This document shows positions 1 through 12,945 of a DNA stretch of 38,953 bases, in pieces. This DNA is from Geosiphon pyriformis uo1 (taxonomy: Eukaryota > Fungi > Glomeromycota). The DNA lies in assembly GCA_016748015.1 (NCBI GenBank), contig JAAOMT010000418.1, positions 1 through 38,953 of the forward strand. The letters run 5' to 3'. The notes beneath the pieces are model-generated. The model was given only the letters and a program-made list of their open reading frames with translations. It did not search any database and had not been told where the DNA came from. Both the position numbers and the translations under genes were made by a program. How positions within the stretch are numbered: the stretch's first letter is position 1; every line of letters begins with the position of its first letter.

Positions 1-460
1 TTCGTTGTTCCTTCTCCATTTTGATAACAAACTCCAAGATTGTATTGTGCATTTGTATTATCCGCCTCTGCTGCTTTTGAATAGAGTTGAAATGCTTTTT
101 CCAAGTTTTTCGTTGTTCCTTCTCCATTTTGATAACAAACTCCAAGATTGACTTGTGCATCTGTATTACCCGCCTCTGCTGCTTTTGAATAGAGTTGAAA
201 TGCTTTTTCCAAGTTTTTCGTTGTTCCCAATCCATTTTCATAAGAAATTCCAAGATTGAATTGTGCATATGTATTACCCGCCTCTGCTGCTTTTGAATAG
301 AGTTGAAATGCTTTTTCCAAGTTTTTCGTTGTTCCTTCTCCATTTAGATAACACCATCCAAGATTGTATTGTGCATTTGTATTACCCGCCTCTGCTGCTT
401 TTGAATAGAGTTGAAATGCTTTTTCCAAGTTTTTCCTTGTTCCCCATCCATTTTCATAAC
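1..460. repeat. 108-bp tandem repeat, about 4 near-identical copies (the coding Sel1 units)
   Basis: The unit ttcgttgttc...tccaagttt recurs at 1, 109, 217, 325 and, more diverged, at 433. The period is 108 bp = 36 codons. Confidence 0.95.
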
Positions 461-634
461 AACGACCTAAAAAGAATTGTCCAAAAGAATCTTTTGCATT
501 CGCTGCTTTCTGAAATTCTATAAATGCTTTTATTGGATTGGGGATAGTTCCAATCCCATTTTCTAAAGAAAACCCAAGCAAAATATAGTCTATCGAACGT
601 TTTGAACTTTTATTGTTCAATGAATTGAATAAAT
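1..634 (-). CDS. Sel1-like repeat (SLR) protein, partial (3' end outside the window, 5' end cut at an adapter junction)
   Basis: The reverse strand reads open: DLFNSLNNKSSKRSIDYILLGFSLENGIGTIPNPIKAFIEFQKAANAKDSFGQFFLGRCYENGWGTRKNLEKAFQLYSKAAEA..NTNAQYNLGVCYQNGEGTTK. This matches the 36-aa Sel1 consensus (A-x-Y-x-K-A-A...AQYNLG-x-CY-xx-G-x-G). The ORF track misses it because the frame has no stop in the window. Confidence 0.93.
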
Positions 635-635
635 C

Positions 636-654
636 CTGTCTCTTATACACATCT
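636..654 (+). other. Tn5 mosaic end / Nextera adapter sequence (probable assembly artefact)
   Basis: Exact 19-mer CTGTCTCTTATACACATCT. Coding sequence stops and extremely AT-rich DNA starts exactly here. Confidence 0.93.
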
Positions 655-1092
655 ATAAAAATTATTATTTTAATATTGAATAAATGTTATTAGTATTTAT
701 AATAAATAATAATTTAAACTTGAACATTTGTAGTAATGCTTTTATTCAAAAAATTTTGCCAAATATTATTTATTTTTTAGATATTAAGTTTAATAACAAC
801 AACATTAAAAATTTCTTAAAATCTAAACATATTTTTAACAATAATTAAACTTAAAAAAATGATAGATCATATACTTAAATAATTATTTTACTAATTTTAT
901 AAACTATATAATAAAAAAGGTAATTAATTTGGCTTTAAAAGTCTTTTTAAAAACAAAAGATTTTAATAGTATTTTTTATTAAATATGTGTTAAAACACAA
1001 TTTGATTTGTTTTTACAATAGAAAATAATTTATTAAAATAAATGTATTAGACAACACAACCAATAGTTAATCCATATTTATTTCAATAAACA

Positions 1093-1129
<37 letters not shown>

Positions 1130-2140
1130 TAAATAAAAAAATTAGAAATTGCTTTGGTTATAGTTATAAAAGAGTTTTTTTATTTTGAATTTCAACTAAT
1201 AACATTGCTTGTAGCTCATTTTTATTTTATTTGATATGTGTAAAAACAAATTTAATTGTTATTAATAAATATTTTGTTGCTATTTTGTAATGATACGGGA
1301 TATTGCTTAAAAAAAAACTACAATAATTTATTTTTTTATAAATAATATCATGCCATAAATAAAGATTTCATTTAGGTGGGATTAGTTTGAGGATTCTTCA
1401 GTAAAAACAAAAAATATAAATTATTCATATATACATATAAATTGGTCAAGTAATTAAAATATCAAAGAGAAAGAATTGGAAAAAAAGGGCATATATATTC
1501 TAATCTTCACAGCCTGTCCATTCAAGATTATTTTTTAATAAAGCCTATCTATTTTAGAACATTTATTATTCAGGAATTAAATATTAAAATTATTCGATTC
1601 AAACCAATTTATAACATACTACTGTATTTATGGATATTGATGTTTTTTTATTTTATCTAAAAAAATATATATAGCTTTTTTAATTTGAAAAATTATTTTC
1701 CGATTAATGATTCACAAATAAAAAATCTTTTTCCGCAAGTCTTTCTTTGTTCCTCTACAATATGAATTATAATAATTGATATTATTTAAATTGAAATTAT
1801 AACCCGATAAACTAGGGCTAATAATTTATTTCGGTTCGATTTAGTTGAATTGGCGCAAATTCAGATGATAAATGTGATTGATTGATTGTAATCACAATCT
1901 TTACGTCATACAAAAAACCATCGGATTAAATTCGACCTTTTCCGGTATCAAGAATGATTTCAATGGATGACAGTTTTATCTTTTATTATGCAGCTATCAA
2001 AAGTTTTACACACAAATACAAAGATAAATTAAGGAGGAATCTTACCAAGTTTTACTTTCTCTCTAATTTCCCTTATAAATAGATCTTGAATTCCCAATTA
2101 AAAATTTTCCTTTTAAGACCTCCACAATTTACTTTTAAAA

Positions 2141-3025
2141 ATGCCAATCGTAAAAATAGGCCCGGATTACGAAAAGCTTCAGGAATATAATGTGAACGAT
2201 GACCAGAACCCAATGCTAGTTAACTCGAAACATTTTACTGGTTACATAACTGTTCGTCTAAAAAATTATCACAATTCCCACGAAAAAAATATAATAAAAA
2301 ATTGTGAATATTTTCAATTACATAGTCGTTTTTTTTCATTCCAATTTCAAGGTCGTTTCAAAGCGACAAATCCTCAACGTCAAGATCGATATTGGACTTT
2401 TGAAGATGTATTATTCTGTGCCGAGACTGAAAATAGTATTCAACCCCCGAGGGGAGCTTCTTTGGCTGTTAAATTTGGTAGTTATATTGATCCAAGTTTT
2501 ACCGCTGAAATGTATCTTGAGAAGAGACCTTGGGCTGGAAGTTGGTTTATTTGTGGAATGAATGTGATTAACGTTTGGCCTGCTGAGAAAGATGAAAAAA
2601 TTTCCCAAGATTCTCCCAATTATGAAAAAGAAACGGATAAATTTGATATTAATGATGATCAATCATCTCCCCCATTACTACCCGTGGGACCATGGATCTA
2701 TCATGGGACAAATCATCTTGAAGAAGATAATAAACTATTGATACGATCAGAGAAAGAATGTAATCTAACTTCCTCAAAACGTCGTCGATACTTTTTGAAC
2801 CCAGAGATTCGTAAATCTAGTGTCTTTGATCCGGCCAATATATACGCCTGCGACTTTTTTAATAATTTTACAAACTTTTCAACGATGAATGCCGAAATGT
2901 TGATAAGGTTTGATATAACTCATGTGCTCAAGAACCAACCTCTGAGATTTGCTTGTCGAAATAAAGAAGACGTAATCTTCTTTGTGATTGAAATAGATTA
3001 TTCAGATTTAATAGAGACAAGATAG
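2141..3025 (+). CDS. DUF1769-family fungal protein (single exon, 294 aa)
   Basis: Long clean ORF. Motifs FTGYITVRLKNY, FSFQFQGRFK, DVLF, YIDP, RPW, RRRYF, DFFNNF and L..QPLRF match my recollection of fungal DUF1769 proteins. Confidence 0.75.
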   Translation: MPIVKIGPDYEKLQEYNVNDDQNPMLVNSKHFTGYITVRLKNYHNSHEKNIIKNCEYFQLHSRFFSFQFQGRFKATNPQRQDRYWTFEDVLFCAETENSIQPPRGASLAVKFGSYIDPSFTAEMYLEKRPWAGSWFICGMNVINVWPAEKDEKISQDSPNYEKETDKFDINDDQSSPPLLPVGPWIYHGTNHLEEDNKLLIRSEKECNLTSSKRRRYFLNPEIRKSSVFDPANIYACDFFNNFTNFSTMNAEMLIRFDITHVLKNQPLRFACRNKEDVIFFVIEIDYSDLIETR

Positions 3026-4520
3026 ATTTTAGATTTTAGATCGCGTCCAACATATAAATAATCTATGAAAGATACTCTTATGCTCAAAATAACTATTTTG
3101 ATTCCTACAATCGGAAAATCCATTGCAAAAAAGACATTATTAGTTGGATAACAAAATTTTGTTATTGTTGATTATATTTAATTGATAGTTGAATGAATGC
3201 TTATGATATCATATCTTGGCATTATTGATTTTCAAAATGGCCATTGCCGAACTGAAAAAACGGGTCATTGAAATTTAAATAATCCCCGAAATTAGACATG
3301 TTTGTGAAAAGGAGATTGAGCATTGTAATAATGCATCATAGTGAAATGAGCTAACCATTAAACAATTTCATTTTAACGAATAACAGAAGCGATTATCATT
3401 CAAAAAGAAAAGTTTAGGCGGGCGGAGTGTTTATATCAACCATTTGATTTTTTTTTTCTAAAAATAAATCCAACATAATACATCTGAATGCTTTCTAATA
3501 ACAAGAAAACTTTACTATTTTTATTGAAACTAAACAAACAAATATCTCAAATCTAATTCATAATTAATCTTATATATTTATAAATAAACTCATTATATAA
3601 AATTTATTATGTAAAGTATATTTAAACCAAAAAAAATATACAATTAAATTTAATAATATAAAATATTTAATTTTATTATGTATTTTAATTTAAATTGATT
3701 ATTATTAATTATTAAAATATTTTACAAATTAAATTCTACTTTTATTATTATTAATTTTTATTTTTGAGTTTTTTAATTCATAGTTTAATTAACTGTAAAA
3801 AATCATACATGATATTCTAATTAAGATTAAAATTTAAAAATATTTACTTTAATACTTCTATATACTTAATAACTATATTAATTTATTTAAACAATAATTA
3901 TAATTAGTCAAGGTTAAATATTTGAAGCCCAAATTAACAATTTTAAATTATTGAAGTAAAACTTGCTGTTTGTAAAGTTTTGGGCTAGAAATTATCATCT
4001 TCCAAGATATTTTTCAATAATAATTTTTACAAATTTCATTAATCAGATGTTTGTTGGGAATGTTCTAATAGCAAAAACAAGCACAGGCAAAACATGTTCA
4101 ATTTTGGAAAAAATTCCTCTTACTGTCTATATATATATATATATGCGTTGATCCGATCCTCATTAAATTGAATGATTTAAAATTTCCAACCGCTTAAAAT
4201 GGTTCATGATGGTCGAATGATTCTTTACTTATTTAGTATCAAAGAGATCAAATCGTTATAGTTAGCGGTATACTAGTCGAGAGCTAGAATTGTATTAGAC
4301 GGGGCTTTTGAATTCAGGAATAGGGATTCAACTTAAAAAAGCAATCCATAAAGCATACCATTGCTTTCAAGACTCTTATCCCCAAATAAACCATCTTTGA
4401 ATGACTGTTGTGTAATCAATATAATTCTTCCGAAATTGAAGAGTGTTTTGGTTTTTGATACAATTAAATATCTATACGGTTACCTGTATTTTTTGTAATG
4501 AGCCTTATTTTGGTTGAAAT

Positions 4521-5821
4521 TTAAATGAGAAGTTGCAGTCTTTCGGCAATCGCAAGTTGGGTTCGGGTCATGTTGGCGAGGTACACGACCATCAGCAAAT
4601 CCTGAAAAAAATAAATGTACTTTAGGGCAAGTGTCGAGAAGTCATCTTCTAATGATCAAAATCATTCAAGCTTACTTGTAGGTGACTGTTGAACATTTTT
4701 TCAAATTCAACTTGGTCAATTTGGGGAACCACCGAGATGGTATCCATTAAGAAGCGACCAATGGTATTATTTGCAGGTACACTTCCATCCTGTAGAAAAC
4801 TGATGTAATTAGTATCAAAGAATTAAAAGGAGGGATGATTTAAAATGGGTTGCAAACTAACCAAAACTTTATTCACATATTCCGATACTCTTTTTAACAT
4901 TTCTTGAACCGTAAGAATGGCCTTTTCAAGATTATTCATATCGGAAATGAGCGAAGTTGAACGATCTGACTCATTCATCGCTGAGGCAAGAAGATCAACT
5001 ATTGACAGAATAGCAGCAGGTGAAAAATATTATTTCTAAACCTCCAATTTCTTCCAAAATCTATATACATACGTCCACTTCGTTCGGCATCAAAATATTT
5101 TACGTCACACGGGACAGGAAGGAACAAACAATTTTCTGGTTTGTTAGAAATTCCAATTGGCGCACTGAGAGAGAATCAGGGAAAAAATGTGCATATAAAT
5201 AAAGAAGTTCGTTCAAGCTTGTCAAATGCAAAAAAGAATACTTACCTTACATAGGTTTTGACCCCCAAAAGCTTTTCGTCATTCTTTAGAGCGGTGTCCA
5301 TTGTCAAGTGAATGGCTTGGAATGGAAGAACTTCTTTAGAATAGAAATCTTGGATCAAAGCGTTCCATTGATTGAGATTAGCCCCTGTCGCGTACCACCC
5401 AATTATAAGCTCTTTTGGGTTGACTTTCTTGTGAAGATCAAACATGTTGTGATGATATTCCATGTCTACTGCGACCTATTTACTTTGCATTAATTATATT
5501 AGTTAGTCAAACGAGCTTGAAAGAGGAAAAGTTCGTAACATGTTTAAAGACAGTGATTACCTGATCTTGGGTTTCATTATGTGGAACAGGAAAGCAATTT
5601 CGAACCTCAACCTCACTTCCATCCTCACTTCTCACGCCGAGCAAGGTTCCAATGACCCGATCTTGATTCTCCTGTCGTCGTAAGTAATGATCAAGAATAG
5701 AGAATAATACCACCGGATAAACTGATACAGTGAATGAACGACTTTGTGGTACAACAAAACCGTTAACAGTCGATGGAGGGAAAGACAGATTGAGGGCCGA
5801 AGTGGCAGCGTCGATTGACAT
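4521..5821 (-). CDS. eIF3f: Translation initiation factor 3 subunit F (MPN domain + C-terminal helices), 6 exons
   Basis: Spliced translation gives VYPVVLFSILDHYLRR..DRVIGTLLG..EVRNCFPVPHNE|VAVDMEYH..VNPKELIIGWYATG..AERSGLDLL..IGRFLMD..FEKMFNSHLQ|DLLMVVYLANMTRTQLAIAERL. GT-AG introns are traceable (e.g. 5560-5476). Stop TAA at 4521-4523. Confidence 0.93.
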
Positions 5822-6022
5822 TTTGCTTTACGGTAGACCGAGTTAAATTCCAAGAATTGTAAAAAAATTAAAAGATTTTCTTTCAACAATTGCTTATCGG
5901 AGATTGAATTTTAATAGTTAGCATCCGATCAAAAAGATAATAGAATCTTGATCTTCTGCGAAAAATTTGACAATTTTTTTTTGTCAAATTGATTGAAAAT
6001 TCACAAAGAAACTTTATTCGGA
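5822..6022. promoter_or_regulatory. Compact bidirectional promoter region shared by eIF3f and RRB1
   Basis: The two start codons are about 200 bp apart, head to head. The region contains an RRPE-like GAAAAATTT (5960-5968) and a 10-bp inverted repeat (5964-5990). Confidence 0.55.
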
Positions 6023-8344
6023 ATGCCGAAGCGTCATCAAGAAGAAAAGGCTGTTAATGAAGATGGGCCGCTATCAAAAACTGTATTTGGTGGTAAAAGC
6101 TCAAAAAAAATTCAAGACGAAAAAGAGGACGTGGGAGATTTTGAAGATAATTGGGAGGATGAATTCGATAGTGAAGAGGATATAATTGATGGTAGTTCAA
6201 ATGGTAAGATTAATCGTTTTCTTTTTTGTTGCCCATCTGTATCAAAAATATTAGATCAATTGGTATCCCATGAAAATAGGCCTTCTCATTATTGCTGTAT
6301 CATAATTTTTTGTGTTAATGGTCCCTTTTACATTTTGGCCGGGATCTCTTACTGAAGGATAAGGAAGCTTGAATATGAATGAATACTTGATTTCCCTTAG
6401 GCTTTGATCTTATTGACAAATTCTTCGATTCAATTTGATTTGCAGCCATGGAGGTTGATGAGGAAGAGGAAGAGGAAGAGGAGGAGGAGGAGGAGGACGA
6501 TGAAATTGATGAGGCAGAAAAGGATATCAAAGTTTACCTTCCTGGTTATCCATTGGAAGAAGGCGAGGTCCTCGAAGCCGATGAATCAGCTTATGAAGTG
6601 CTACATTCGATGGATGTAACATGGCCATGTTTGAGTTTTGATGTTTTATGGGATCGATTTGGAGAAGAAAGAAATAAGGTTTGTAGACATCTTAAAATAT
6701 TTTACAATAAAGAAATATTCTCTTTTAATAAAGATTCTTTTGTTATAGTATCCAGAAACGGTATACATGGTAGCTGGCACGCAGGCTGATTCTATAAAAA
6801 ACAATGAACTGATGGTAATGAAAGTGACACAACTGTATAAAACACAAAATGATGATGGTAAGAATTTTGATCATTTTGGTAAAATTCTCTCACTTCAACA
6901 AAATATTTATAATTACATCGTAATAATCTTATTAGAACTTTCGGAGGATGATTTGGAAGAGGAAAATTTGGATGAAGATCCAATTTTGGAACATAAAAGT
7001 TTAAAGCATTATGGGGGTGTGAATCGAGTTCGAGTTAGTATAATTTTTCAGTGAAGTGCATTTCAACAAAGATTTACTTATTTGCACGTCATAAAACAGG
7101 CAATGCCTCAAAGGGAAGGTCATATCGTAGCCTCATGGTCGGAAACAGGCAAAGTTTACATTTGGGATATAGATCCTTTAATGACAGCCTTAGATACACC
7201 CGGTAAAAAAATCCCCGAAAAATATCTCAAACCTATTTACACCATCGAGAGTCATCTTGTTGAGGGATTTGCTATGGATTGGTCAAGAACAGTTGCCGGA
7301 AGGTTAGTATATAGGAATCGATAAATAATATCAAGATGCAGGCAATTGATTTTGATCTAAAATAAATTATATTCTCTGAACCCTAATCCTAGACTTTTAA
7401 CTGGAGACATAAACAAAAATATTTATCTCACCACAAGCCTACAATCATCCTTCAAGACCGACCATATACCTTTTAAAGGTCATACATCATCGGTAGAAGA
7501 TATACAATGGTCACCATCAGAGAAGAATGTGTTTGCTAGTGCATCAGCAGATAAAACCATTCGTATATGGGATATTAGAAATAAAAAGCGGGAAGCATTA
7601 TGTATCAAGGCTCACGAGACTGATGTTAACGTAATAACTTGGAATAGGTTGGGGTTCATACCAATTTGTGTTTCTTTAATTTTATCTCGATTTCATCTAT
7701 AATTATGAGAAGTATAAACCAAAACATAGAAAAGTAGAATATTTGCTAGCATCAGGTTCCGACGATGGCGTATTTTCCATATGGGATATGCGGACTTTTT
7801 CCAGGCAAGCTCTCTTAAACCTTAATCCAAATCATATCATTAATTTTTTATAATGAATTAATTCAACTAATCTGTCATTCTATTATGTTCTTAACTCAAT
7901 AGTAAAGATGATCACCCAACACCGGTTGCTACATTCAAATGGCATTCAGCACCCATAACTTCAATAGAATGGCATCCAAGTGAGGAATCAATTCTAGGTG
8001 TTGCTGGGGCTGATAATCAAATATCACTCTGGGACCTTTCCGTTGAGAAAGATCCCGAGGAGGACAGTCGTTTAGTTGGTAATAGCAATAAAGCTAAAAT
8101 ATTACTGGAAAATGGCTTGGAGATTCCACCTCATTTGCTATTTGTACATCAGGCAAGTTTGTGAGCTATTCTATTATATTGAACGATTTTTTTTTAAAAA
8201 GATGACTAACCTAGTCATGTGTTATACGCATTATTTTAGGGCCAGAATGATGTTAAGGAAATTCATTGGCATCCACAAATTCCAGGATTTATGCTAAGCA
8301 CAGCCTTATCTGGTTTCAATTTGTTTAAAACCATATCGGTTTGA
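6023..8344 (+). CDS. RRB1: Ribosome assembly protein Rrb1 / GRWD1 (acidic N-terminus, CAF1C/H4-binding motif, WD40 repeats), multi-exon
   Basis: Poly-Glu tract, then [103 protein letters not shown] and [13 protein letters not shown] at 6023, TGA at 8342-8344. Confidence 0.93.
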
Positions 8345-11300
8345 TCTATTATAAAAGCTTCACTTGAGCAATTGGCTAAAAATATTTATCTACTGATTTT
8401 AAAATTTCTTTCACAGACACTATTAAATACCTATACCGTAAAAAATAACACATATTATGAATTTCATAGTCACTTATACACGATACGCAAAAACTATTTA
8501 GTTTTAGATTAAGTTTTTTAAAATTCAATTGTGTTAACCACTTTTTGGTTAATACCTCAAAATTTAATTTTTTTGTTTGGATAAATAAGGATTCAAACAA
8601 CACAGAAATTTCTTATTTAAGATAGATTTAGAATTGTCTTGAATGCATAGAGCCTGCTTAATTAATATTGCGATCAGGTTTCGAATAATCAATGTACTTT
8701 TATTTTGAGCCGGTGTTAGCCAAAATTATACTAATTAATTAATTAATTAATTAGCTTTGGGAAATTGTCACTATTCCATATTTGAAAATAATTAAAATTT
8801 TTTTTTACGAGATCTCTGAATTGATTAACAATGGTCTCAATATGAAATAACTTGTATAATGCTCTTTATTATATTAACGGTTAACAATAATTTTTGAAGC
8901 TTCGATTCAATTTATATTCTTTGACAGACCATTTTAGCCTTTTGAATAAAATGGTACAGACTAAAAATTTTCTATTTTAAATTTTTAAATGGAAACAGAA
9001 TTTCATCTCAAATTGAAATTTGTTAAATAGATTACGATTTATTTGGAATACGATGCATATTTTATAAGGAGAGGGGGGAAGTCAGTTTAAATGATACTTC
9101 AATTTTAAAATATAGAAATGTCCCATGATTGGCGGTGCGGCTAAATTTCAAATCAAGAGATTCTGCTGGTCACGAATTTGGATCCCAGGTGATTTTAAAC
9201 AAAAAAAAAAAAAAAAAAAAGGAAGCTAGGAAAGAATAGACGAAACGCTTCCCCACAGTATTTAAAATAAGAAGGAGCCGGAAATTTTATTATTAGTAGT
9301 GGTTTTTAATCCAAGAAGCTATTAGATCTTGGAAAGATCTTTAGAATTGAGTAATTCTGTTTATATTTTGCGCTTCTAATCAATACTCGAGCATCATTAT
9401 CGGGGAATTTTCTTCTTCATGCGAACACGAGAGACTGTCACACGCTATATGGCAACCCTTCATTAAATTCCATTATTTATCTCTTGATTCATTCTCAAAA
9501 TTTATTAGTTTATTCCCTTTTTAGCCAGACTGCTTAACATTAAACAATAGTAATTTTCACAATGGGATTTGAAAATTTTTAAATAATGAGATAGTCATTT
9601 GCAGTTTACCAGTTTGAACTACTGAAAGACGTCATCTTAACATTCCTTAGAATATTTGGAAAAATGAAGGCTTTAACCTTTCAAGTCTCTGATAACACGC
9701 ATAGAAACTCTCTTGAATCCATGACTCAAATAAAATAATTGCAGATTGTTTTTTTTTTTTTGTTTTTTAATCACTTTTAAACAGAGAGACAAGGATGAGA
9801 TTTTTATTTTAGGATTACGATTTGTAAAAAAGTAAAGAATATTTTAATCTGATTTTAAATAAATAGGGGGATATAATGCTTGTAAAGAACACGATATCTA
9901 TATAATGCCCCCTTTTTACATCATTCTCAATTCAACAAAGGTTTTCGTTAATTATTGGATTTTTGTAATTTTTTACTTTATCAACTTATAAGCCTTATTT
10001 GTCAATTTTCCAAATAATGTAAGCGAAAATTGAAAAATAGATAAAAATTACATTATATTGTTGGAGTTCTCATATCCAAGTCTTCAAAATTATTTCTTCA
10101 TTATGAAATACAATATTTTTACCCAGCAATTAAATTCTCCCAAATATTCCAGATTATTCGATAGCCACAAGACAGTTAAAAAAATTTTATTCTATTATAT
10201 TTCTTCTTAGTTAAAACACTAAAAGCCAGTTGTTCTTTATTTCAAGGAACCAAAAAATAAAAAAAGACCTTTGTTGAATGCCCATTCTTAAAATTTCAAC
10301 ATGCTATACAACTAATACTATTTATTAAAATAAAAAAAACCATTATATTAATTAAACTAAATAAATTTATTGAGAAAATAACATTAAAAAGTCAAATATT
10401 TGTTGATTTTTAAACCAAAAGTAATTATTTAATATTTAATTTTAAACATATATAAAACTCAAATATATTAACTATTTATTTATTTTTAAAGCCCTATTTT
10501 TATTAAATATATATCAATATAAAAATTTTCATATTTTCAATTTATATTTGAAATTGTTTTACTTGATCAAAACATGTAAATTTTAATTTAAGAAATTAAA
10601 TAAATATAAATAATAAAATAATTAATATTTGTAAAATAATTAACACTACAATTACAATTACAATAATAATAATAATAATAATCATATTTCAGCACAAATA
10701 AAAAAAAATAATAAGAATTTTTAAAGATTTTTGTAATTCTGATCTTTTTAATATTAGTCTACATCTCATTGGCCGCGGAAAAACTTCTGGATCGGGGTAG
10801 TTTGCTATTATTATCATGCCCAGAAATACGTGAATTTGCCGACCATCGGCATAAACGTAATAGTGAGCCTTGTGGTACTTTGTTTCACTTTTTTTTTTCT
10901 GTTTTTCTTTTCAAGGGGGTTTAATAATAGTCTAAATTAAGGAGAAGTAGAAACGAATCAAACATTATCAAATTACGATTTCTCTAAAAACAAATTTCTC
11001 TAACAATTTATTCTTTTTGACTCGCGTTTGATTTTTTTCTTTGTTGTCTAAAACTATACTAGTAACAACTCTCGTTCTTTTTGACCTAATTTTCTAATGC
11101 TGATTATTTTTTACAATTAATAAAATCTTGTTATCCCTTTTCAACTAAAATTTAAAAGTGCCCGCATTGTGAAATTTCAAACCAGAACGAAATTTTGATC
11201 TTTGGAAACAAACGAGGTTGAAGCTTAAACAGAAATACACCTTCCAAGCGACCTGACTTGTCGATTTTTTAACTTTCAGAATTATAGAGCTGCATTCAAC

Positions 11301-11429
11301 CTTTACTCCCAGTTACCAAAGAATCCTTATTACAATAAGCTCTATAATTTTATTTAGCCTTTTCAAATAAATACTCTTGCTCTTTTGAAGAATAAAACCA
11401 AAATCTTGGACTAAAATCAAACACGAACA

Positions 11430-12912
11430 ATGGCACAATTTGGTGACTTTAAAGGAATCTGTGAAATGGTTGCGTTGACCGTTTGTCCACTTGTAGGAAC
11501 AACTGAAGGTATTGAACCGAAATGTTACTCGAGAAACGTTGAAGTTGCCGGAACGTTATTTTTTCAACCAGGTAAATCGAATCCCATGATTTAGTACGAC
11601 TTTTGCTTTGAAATTGACTTTGATTCGTTAAAAGTATCCCCGCGACCCCCCTTCTAATAATAACATGGTTCTTTCTATGACATGAATTGATTTAGCTACC
11701 CTTATAATCCATTTGATTGCATTGGTTATGACATCCATAATGATTTATCACATAAAATCAAAGTATACTGCTGTGGGTCTGTATTTATTTACAACTTCTA
11801 TATGTGTATTTCACATACAAACTAATTATTCAATCTAATCAACTAAATAATAAAAAAAAGGTCGTAAAGAAATTGTCATGTTCTTTTATATGTACATGAT
11901 GGTCACGTTCTTGGAGTTACTGCTTATCTCGGGTATTATTCCGACCGCGTCTTCGGTATATCCAGTAAGTTTTTTTAGTTTAAGAATTGAATAGGCAAGA
12001 TGAGAAAAATGGGAATCAGCGTATGATGGATTTTTTTCATGCAATGAGATCAGGACAAATCTAATAATTCAAGATTTTTGTTCATTTTATTAAAAATTTT
12101 CAGAGAAAATTATCCGCCTTCATTATAGATTACTCAATTATCTTAATTCTACAATCAATTTAGTATTTTACAGCCGTTCATGTTGGACTTATTACCGCTA
12201 CTTTTTGGTGTTTATTATTGAACGGCTTCGTCGGTTTCCAATTCGCTGAAGATGGCACACCACTATCCCTTTGGGTATTTATTCATTCCAATATATTTCA
12301 AGTAACAAATATGATCTTTTTTTTAAAAAAATTTTTATCAAAATATCTATTCCCTTTTTTTATTACATCACAGTCGATTCGTATATCTTCCCTAATCATC
12401 TTTGTCGCAGTTTTCTTTCTATCGATCGCCACATTCAAAGAGATAGCCGCGTTTAATCCTTTGAAACCGGTCGCGTTATGGATTGTATTGTACATCTTTA
12501 ATGGAGCAGCACTTGCCATCTACGTGATTCTTCAAATCGTATTGGTAATAAACACATTAGATGATCGCTGGCCATTAGGTGATATCATGTTCGGCATTGC
12601 ATTCTATGTAATCGGCCAAGTGATCTTGTACGTTTTCTCGGTACAAATTTGTGAAACCGCTAAGCATTATATAGATGGTTTATTCTTTGGTACCATCTGC
12701 AGTCTGTTGGCTGTGATGATGGTTTACAAGTATTGGGATTCGATTACCAAGGAAGATCTGGAATTCTCTGTGGGTAATAAACAGAATACATGGGAGGTTA
12801 AACAGCTACTTAGAGAAGATGAATTGGCTTATGCTAATTTTAATCAATCCACTGGATTTATTGGTGGGTACAATCAATCATCACAACCATATCATCAACA
12901 AAGTGGCTATTT

Positions 12913-12945
<33 letters not shown>

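Noticed and set aside
1-460. CRISPR-like array
   Set aside because: The repeats are contiguous 108-bp coding units with no unique spacers, the context is eukaryotic, and there are no cas genes.
263-523. Plus-strand 86-aa repeat ORF
   Set aside because: It is the antisense shadow of the Sel1 frame.
636-654. Genuine Tn5/IS50 insertion or horizontal transfer
   Set aside because: The sequence is the engineered mosaic end, with no transposase, second end or target duplication.
3330-3344. 15-mer aatgcatcatagtga shared with about 15617
   Set aside because: The match does not extend, and such matches are plausible by chance in AT-rich sequence.
3963-4151. Walker-A-like NVLIAKTSTGKT in a 62-aa ORF
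   Set aside because: The motif is isolated and imperfect with no downstream NTPase motifs. It could be a tiny relic but is not supportable.
6315-6619. Poly-Ser and poly-Arg ORFs
   Set aside because: These are alternative frames of the RRB1 poly-Glu tract.
8731-8754. Palindrome ctaattaattaattaattaattag
   Set aside because: It is a self-complementary (TAAT)n microsatellite.
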